DNA of 64,000 nucleotides from Candidatus Omnitrophota bacterium (GTDB lineage Bacteria; Omnitrophota; Gorgyraeia; JABMRG01): NCBI GenBank assembly GCA_042577545.1, contig JBHPDT010000002.1, positions 1,574 to 65,573 of the forward strand, read 5' to 3'. Shown piece by piece: positions 27,557 to 36,500 of this stretch (position 1 is its first letter; each line of letters starts with the position of its first letter). The notes under the pieces were generated by a model. It saw only the letters and a program-made list of their open reading frames with translations, ran no database searches and was not told where the DNA came from. The position numbers and the translations under genes were made by a program.

Positions 27557-30500
27557 TCAGGCCGCAGCAGAAATAGCCTGATATGCCTTGCGAAGCTCTG
27601 CATGCTCAGCTAGTGGCAATCGCGACTCAACAGTTTGCGTTACTGCTACTGCAGCTCCTTCTTCCGGCAGATCTAGGTACTCAACAAGCCATGGGGCGTT
27701 GGTTTTCATAGTATCGAGCAATCCGTTAAAGTCGTTATCAAGACAGGCATTTTTAACTTTCTCTAATAATTCTTTTACTTCTCTATTGCGTCGCATATCA
27801 GCAACAAGCCTAGATAATCCCTTTGCATCATCATAAACCTGAAGATACCGCCTTCTATATCTTGTATAAGTTGTGTGTCGACCAAAGTAATATAACATCT
27901 GAAGATATGCCTTAATCGCTTTATCACTATGACGAGAGTCATATCTGTGCTCAATTATATTTCTTGCAGTATGAAAATGAATTCTCAAAATATCTCTTTC
28001 GCTGTATTGCTCTGAGAGAATCCTAACACCAGCATATTCAATAGATTCAATCAGAAAAGCTCCCCAGCCGCTTTGGTCAAGATATTCACGTATTGTAACC
28101 ATGGACTGTATCATTTGTTGAGTCAAAGCCGTTTCTTCAGTCTGACCCAATTTTTCAGGTGTCTTAACTATGAACAATAAATCAAAATCATGATCTGGCT
28201 CTAACAGGCACCAGCCGTCCTCCTCAAAAAGATATCTGCTGCTGCCAACAATCTGTGGTCTTATATCAAAATTTCCAGTAGACGCCATTTCAGTCATGTA
28301 CAATCTAACAATATCGGAAAGTAGTTTCTCAAACAGTGTAATATTTATCTTGCCATCCTTGATCAACGCCTCAGGATCTACCTCAATACTGTTAAAATCC
28401 AATCCAGCTGATGAGGCCTTGGGAGCTGCTGCAGCTTCATCTGGCAAGCCCAGTCCCTGCACAAGCCATGGGGCGTTAATTTTCATTTGTCGCAAAAGAC
28501 TATCATAATGCGAATCATCTAAAGACGAATTAAGAACACGCCCAGAAAGTTGTTTGATGTATGGATCGCGTCTCATCTTATGCGCAAGTTCCCACATTTG
28601 CGAAGGTTTGCCCCATGCATGAAAAAACTTCTTTCTATAGTCTTCATATTTTTTTCTCTGCTCTGTTGTGCCAAAATAGTACAATAACTGAATATAATTT
28701 TTTACAATCTTTATGATGTTCTTATCTGTGGCATCTAATTCTAAATTATTATAACACTTAAGAAAGTCTTGGATTGCAACTAGGTGAAATACTAAAACAT
28801 CCTTCTCACTAAATCGATCACCCATTATGTTAGCAAACTCTATAAAAGGAGTAAAATAAGCTTCCCATTCAGGTTGGCTAAAATAACCATCTATTGCCGC
28901 GGATAAGTCGACCCAAATTTGACTTAAATCCACACGCTTAGAATTTTTTACTACAAAAAATATCTCAATGTCATGCTTTGGCTCTAATAAGCACCAGCCA
29001 TCATACTCAAATAAATATCTACTACTACCTACAACCTTGACACTTACCTCGGCTCCACTCTTTGGAATCTCTTTCTTTACATATAGCATAGCTATATCAG
29101 ATAAGAGCTTCTCAAACAAAGCAATATTTATCTTCCCATCCTTGATCAATTCTTTGGGCTCTACCTCAATACTGCTAAAATCCAATCCGGCTGATGAGGG
29201 TTTTGATATCGACTTTCGATACGCGTCAAGCCACGCATAAACAGCACTTGGGTGGCCGGAGACAAAGGACTCTGTTAAACCACTTGGGTCAGATAATACC
29301 TCAGGTAGTATCGGAAACGCCTCTTCACCTTTATGATTAAGGCAGATACCGCCTGCCTTGGCTATGAAATAGTGAGCGCCTGCGTCAACTGCCTTTTGGC
29401 CACCAAAGACTAGGAGATGTGGAAATTTAAGACTAGAAAAGGTTCCACTTGCTGCGACACGCGCTCCATCAAACCATGTTGATTGCATATCCTCACCAAC
29501 ATTATCCATATTAATATAAGAAGCAAGTTCTTCTCGCCAATTAGGCTGTATCCATGGCCAGCCTCTATCTCTTGAGTCTTTTCTGCGAACAGTCTCAAGC
29601 GCAATACGAGCAGATTTTAGATCATCAATAGAAGCAACCTGTAAAGCCATACCATTAAGCGTTGTTGCTTCATCAAAAAGCATGGCCTCAAAAAGGGAGC
29701 CGGGCATGTCTTCGATTTTCGGGGCCCCTTCTATGTCATATTCTGGAGAATATCCAATCGTCATAACTGGCACGCCCTTATAATACAGGGCAAATCCTAT
29801 CATCCAGATGCGGCTCCATTCCGTACCATATCCTACATCTTGTCCAAGGCTTTTAAACTGATCTGATCCATCAATAGGATCCAATACTGTAGTCCAGGCG
29901 GAGACAGAAAAATTTTCGTTTTGTTCTCCTACAGCTAATGCCAAGCTCGGATCACCGATCTTTTCCTCAAACACAAGCCGTGTGCGCTTGATATGCTCCA
30001 TGAAAATAGGAAGAAGATTTGCTTGGGAATAGAGATCTCCCTTTGTCACAGGAGATCCATCAAGCTTCTCATCAGCTTCTATCATTTCAGCGTGGTTCTC
30101 ACGCAGATGTTTACCAACCTCAATTATTTTACCGCGAACAGCTTCTTTGATCTCGCGAAGCTCAGGTTCCACAATTTCACCCGACCGCAAACCTTCCCAG
30201 ATAATATTTTTGCATGGCTGATTCGCAAGCCACTTTGGTTCTGCACTATCAGCTCTTCCAGCTGATGAGGCCTTTTCAGCTTCTCTATCTTCTGCTGGAA
30301 GATTTAGCCCCTTCAGGAGCCATGGGGCGTTGGTTTTCATGATGTCAAGTAACCCGTTATAATCGTTATCAGCATCAGCACTTAAAACTCTCCTTAATAA
30401 TTCTGCTGCCTCTTTATTGCGCCGTAAATCAGCAACAAGTTTAGATAGCTCACTTGCATCATGATGGTTTCTCAGATAACGACCCTTGTATTCTGTATAA

Positions 30501-33500
30501 GTCATACGCTCGCCAAAGTAATATAACATTTGAAGATGTGTTTTAATCGCTTCATCATTATCACTAGAGCTATATCTGCACTGAATCATATTTCTTATAA
30601 AATCAAAATGATTATAAAGATCTATTTCGTTATATTGTTCTAAAACAAACCTAACATCAGCAGAATCAATCCTTCTGCTCAAGGAAGCTCCCCACCCGCT
30701 TTGGTTAAGATAATCATGTATTGCAGATACGCACTCGGGCAGAAACCATGCCTCAGTTGTTTTACTCAAGAATAATAAATCAAAATCATAATAGTACTCT
30801 AACAAACACCAACCATTCTCCTCAAAAAGATATCTGCTGCTGCCAACTATCTGCACCTTGATATCAGCGGCGCTATCTGGCATCTCTGTATGCAAATATA
30901 ATCTAGCAATATCGGATAAGAGCTCTTCAAGCAAAGCAATATTAACCTTCCCATCCCGTAGCATTTTATCAACATCAACCTCAATACTGCTAAAATCCAA
31001 TCCGGCTGATGAGGGTTTTGCTCTATGTTCTTCAACAGCTCTTTCCAAAGATTCGATCTCTTGCCTCGCGGAATCTGTTAATCTATCCCAATATAAATCC
31101 TTTATTATTCTTATACTCAACAATACATATAATCCATCATCCTGAATTAGTCTTACAATATTTATTTCAGGTAACTCATACTTATTGAAGTTTTCCACAA
31201 GCTCAGGATCAATATCTCTTAAGTGGGCTCTCATATAATTGGGTCCACGCTTCCTAAAAGCGGCTATAATGGGATTAATAGCTTCTCTGCGTTCCAGCTC
31301 TTCAAATGGGATACATATAGTTCCTTCTGATAATGCGTTTGCTTTATCCATATTCATATTAAAAAGTTTTAGGAAAACTTTTCCATCATGATGTATATAA
31401 GTCTTTAAGCAAAGCATCTCTGGCAAAAGCGGGTGCCGACTTAAACCAACCGTATCATCACCTTCGCTATGATCATATATTCTAACCGCGAACCTTTCAT
31501 CAATAGAAATCTGTTGTTGAGCGCGGCCTATATAAACAAGGGTAAGAAATCCTACGGGTATCTCTATCCTTCTATCCTTATCTATATTAAGAGATAAATG
31601 TTCAGTTTGGCGCGTTTGCGACCGCCATTTCTCAGGATCCATTTCAAGGATTTTATCAATAGGCTTCAAATCAAATTCCGCGAAAAAGTCCTGTTCTGCA
31701 CACATTTGTGCGTTAAGCGCTTCATATGTCTTTCTTGTATTCTTCCAAAGAACAGTTTGAAGATGTAATCCTTGATTAATTTCATCAAGATCTATTAGTC
31801 GCTCTTGATTTTTCACAAATATATTGATAAGATTTGCAACACCTGCGATGTTCGGCGCGTGAAATTCATCAACTGAAGCTGTAATATAAAATGACTTAAT
31901 TCTATTTTTACGATCTCTTCCTTCAATAGCAGATTTGATTCTATTGAGTACATATTCAGCTCGTTTCTTATCGAGCGCCCACAGACAATTGGTCCATATA
32001 GAAACCGTGCAAGCTTTGGTTCTCGCGATAATTTCACAGAGCGTGTCTAAGGTAGCGTCGTTCAGCAGCGGTTCTCCATCACCAGTGAATATTAATGAAT
32101 CTATATCCGTCTCATTCAGAAATCTAATTATATTTTCTGTCTTATCATGAGATGGGCAACGGCTATGATCAATCATAGACGCATCTTCAGGAAGTTTACG
32201 CGAATCACCTAGACAGGACCTACAATTTAAATTGCAGTAACCAGCCAAACAAATTACCGCCTCCGATCTTGGTAGTGATGATACCTCAATATTTGAGCTT
32301 AACATAATCTCTTTTAACCGCTCCTTTGCCTTAGCAGGAGTTACCCCATCAACATCTACCTCAATACTACTAAAATCCAAGCCAGCTGACGAGGGTTTGC
32401 CAGCCAGCTCAGCTGTAAAGACAGATGCGGGCATTGCACCTATAGCATCAATCGGTTTTCTAACAACAAGATGCTCATCCCATGTCTCTTTTTTGCGGGC
32501 ACTAAAGGCGTCTAGGCTTATGATGTTGTTTATACCGAGAACCATCTCTATAGCTTCTTGCAGCCATCCTCTTCTAATAAATTCTACTGTTATCTCATGA
32601 TTTGATGGTAATCTTCCAAAAATATCCTTATAAGGTATGCAAAAGGCTTCTATTTCGTGCCTTAATCCATTTAAACTCTCTGGTTGGTTCTTATAATAAA
32701 GTTTTATTTTCACATAGCGAAGGCTGGTATATAGATATGCACGAAAAGAAGCTGCGGGATAGGTATCTCTTAATTGATTACGGTATATATTGAAATGAGC
32801 GCCTACATACATAAGAGTTTCCATTGCCGCGCTTTGTTCATCATCTTTTGGAAATCTGTTGCTTAATTCTTTAAAATGAGCTGCTACAAGTTTATCAGCT
32901 ACGGCGCTCCTTATCTTTTCATCAAGAGAAAAAAGTAAATATCCTAAGTCGTCATAGTCTTCGTCTTGCCAATCTGCTTGGGCATTATCGCTTAAACGCT
33001 TGAGAATGCTCTTTAGGCTTTGTTTATCCTCTTCTATCTTTAGTCCGATCTGCTTTCTGAGTTCTTCTCTTCTTTTAGGGTCTGTAATATAAATATCCAG
33101 GAGTGAATACAGAACCCTTGAAGGAACGTTTCTTAAAAGCATCCTAAACCTTACATAATCTTTTTCGTTATCCGAAAGTTTCTTTTTGGATTCTGGGAGG
33201 CCTAGTTTGTATTCTAACATAGAATCAAAGCCCTGCCTCATAGCATCAATATTTATAATAAATCTCACAATGTCTTTATTTGAGACTGCGAAATCCTTAT
33301 GGGATGCTCTTAAATCAAGCAATTTTGCTGAATATTCCTCTATCTCATTTTGTTTTCTTGAGCTGTGAAGTATAAGAGCTATATGGGTACCCTCTGTGAT
33401 GCCAAGCTTCTTAAGGGAGGCTATGAGCTTTTCTATCTCATCCTGTTTTCTTGAGCTGTTCAGTATAGGAGCTATATGAGCGCCTTCTCTTATGCCGTGG

Positions 33501-36500
33501 ATTTTAAGAGATGCTATGAGCTCTTCTATCTCACCCTGTTTTCTTGAACTTTGAAGTATAAGGGCTATGTAAGTACCCTCTGTGATGCCGAGTTTATCAA
33601 GAGAGGCTATAAGTGTCTCTATCTCATCCTGTTTTCTTGAACTGTTCAGTATAAGAGCTATATGATAGCCTTCTCTTATGCCAAGGTCTTTAAGAGAGGT
33701 TATGAGCTTTTTTATCTCACTCTGTTTTCTTGAGCTGCTCAGTATAATAGCTATATGATAGCCTTCTGCTACTCCAAGATCTTTAAGAGTTGTTATGAGT
33801 TTTTCTATCTCATGCTGTTTTCTTGCGCTTTGAAGTATAAGGGCTATGTGGATTCCTTCTCTTATGCCATGGGCCCTAATGGATACTATGAGTTCTTCTA
33901 TCTCATCCTGTTTTCTTGAGCTTTGAAGTATAGGAACCATATGAGCGACTTCTCTTATGCCAAGTTTTTTAAGAGAGACTATGAGTTTTTCTATCTCATC
34001 CTGTTTTCTTGAGCTTTGAAGTATGCGGGCTATATGCGTGCCTTCTCTTATGCCTTGGTTTTTAAGAGATGGTATGATTTTCTCTATCTCATCCTGTTTT
34101 CTTGAGCTTTGAAGTATAGAAGCTATAGCGCCTTCTCTTATGCCTTGGTTTTTAAGATATGCTATGAGTTTCTCTATCTCATTCTGTTTTCTTGAGCTGT
34201 GAAGTATAGGAGCTATGTGAGCGGCTTCTCTTATGCCAATGTCTTTAAGAGATGATATAAGCTTCTCTATCTCATCCTGTTTTCTTGAGCTTTGAAGTAT
34301 AAGAGCTATGTGAGCGCCCTCTCTTATGTCTTGGTTTTTAAGATACGCTATGAGTTTCTCTATCTCATCCTGCTTTCTTGAGCTTTGAAGTATGGGAGTT
34401 ATGTGAGCGCCCTCTGTAATGCCGAGTTTTTTAAGGGAGACTATGAGTTTTTCTATCTCATCCTCTTCTCTTGAGCTTTGAAGTATGCGGGCTATATGGG
34501 TGATTTCTCTTATGTCTTGGTTTTTAAGATACGCTATGAGTTTCTCTATCTCATCCTGCTTTCTTGAGCTTTGAAGTATGCGGGCTATATGAGCGTCTTC
34601 TCTTATGTCCTGGGCTTTAAGGAAGGTTATGAGTTTTTCTATCTCATCCTGCTTTCTTGAGCTTTGAAGTATAAGGGCTATATGAGCGCCTTCTCTTATG
34701 CCTTGGTTTTTAAGGGATGCTATTAGCTTCTCTATCTTATCCTGTTTTCTTGAGCTTTGAAGTATGGGAGTTATGTGGGCGCCCTCTGTAATGCCGAGTT
34801 TTTTAAGGGAAACTATGAGTTTTTCTATCTCATCCTGTTCTCTTGAGCTTTTTAGTATAGAGGCTATATGGGTACCTTTTATGCCAAACTTTTTAAGAGA
34901 AGCTATGATCTTTTCTATCTCATTCTGTTCTCTTGAGCTTTGAAGTATAAGGGCTATGTGAGAGCCCTTAAAACAATATGCCTTCTTTTTTTCTTTTACG
35001 TTACTTAAAAAAATCAGCATATCCAGTTTATCTGGTAATTTTTTTAAGCGAGCTATCTTTGCGGCTTGCTTTTCTGCAAATAGACTCATCTCCCCTCTTT
35101 TAACAGTAAGCAGTATGGCCTCTACTCTTGGTGTAATATGCTTTCTCCTTACTCTTTTACCATCAACACTATTCAATAATTGTCTTATTTCTGCGATTGC
35201 CACAGCACCTATAGTACCTGAAGGATAGGGCTCAGCTGTACCAGAACTCCTTAGACTAGGGCCTCCCATTCTTCTTAATTGAACCGATGATGTAGTCTTG
35301 GTTCTTTGAACACTTTGCATACCACCTTTTCTTGCTCTCCCCTCCTCGTTGAGCAATTGCCTGTATTCTAAGATTGTATCAGCACCTATATCTCCAGCTG
35401 ATGAGGCCTTTTCCCCTACTAACCCATCTTCCGGCGAATCTAAGCCCTCTAGCAGCCATGGGACATTGGTTTTCATGATATCAAGTAATCCATTGAAATC
35501 ATTACCAGGGTCGGCGCTTAAAACTTTCTCGAGCAACTCTGATACTTCCTCATCGCCCTTTAAATCAGCAACAAGCCTGGATAATGCAGCCTCATCATTG
35601 CGAACCTGCAGATATCGATCTTTATAGTTCATATAAGTACTACGCTGACCGAAGTAATACAACATTTGAATGTAGACCTTAGCTATTTTAAAATTATCAG
35701 AAGATTCATATCTGCACAGAATAAGATTTCTTAAAATTCTATAATGCCATCTAGAGCCTCCCTCTCCATCTTCCTCCAAGAGAAATCCAATGCCGGTATA
35801 ATTGATATCTTTAGCCAGTAAGGTTCCCCAGCTGCTTTGGTCAAGGTAATCGCATATTGCAGACACAAAATGAACCACTTCAATAGTCAAAAGCACCCTC
35901 TCCTTATAACTAGACCGCTCAGGGCCTTTGGCCATAAACAATAAATCAATATCATGATCTGGATCTAGTATACACCAGCCATTCTCCTGAAAAAGATACC
36001 TGCTGCTGACAACTATCTGCACCCTTACATCATAATTCTTATCAGGAAATTTCTTACCTAAATATAACCTGATTATATCGTTAAGCAGTTTCTCAAAGAG
36101 AGCAATATTTATCTTACCATCCCTAAGCAGCCCACCGACATCAACCTTAATACTGTTAAAATCTACCCTAGATAATAAGGCCTTTGTCACTGATACCTCA
36201 AGTATCTTTGAAGCCTGGGCATCTGTAACACCGGTTTTTTGCGCAACCTTTAATTGTTCTGACTTAAGTTCGCAAGTCTCAATTTGCAGTTTAGCCTTAT
36301 CAGTATAATGCCGCACGCGTACTTCATCAAAGAACTGACGCGTAACATCAGGCTTTACAGTCGCATCTCCCGCATCAGCTAGTTCTTTGAGCTGGGGATT
36401 TACATATGTAAGCAACCAGGTATCAGGATCCTCGATTATGCTCTCTTGATCAACACTACGCCTATAGTGGGGATCTTTTTGTGATTTTACAACAAAATAG

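Noticed and set aside
33345-35010. 93-bp repeat array as a CRISPR array
   Set aside because: The units are contiguous with no spacers, maintain one open reading frame and encode a conserved helical repeat. The tandem P-family copies are likewise only two units with no spacers.
33345-35010. 31-residue repeats as TPR or TALE-like repeats
   Set aside because: The period is 31 aa, not 34, and the units lack the TPR W-LG-Y/A-F-A-P pattern and the TALE RVD-loop pattern.
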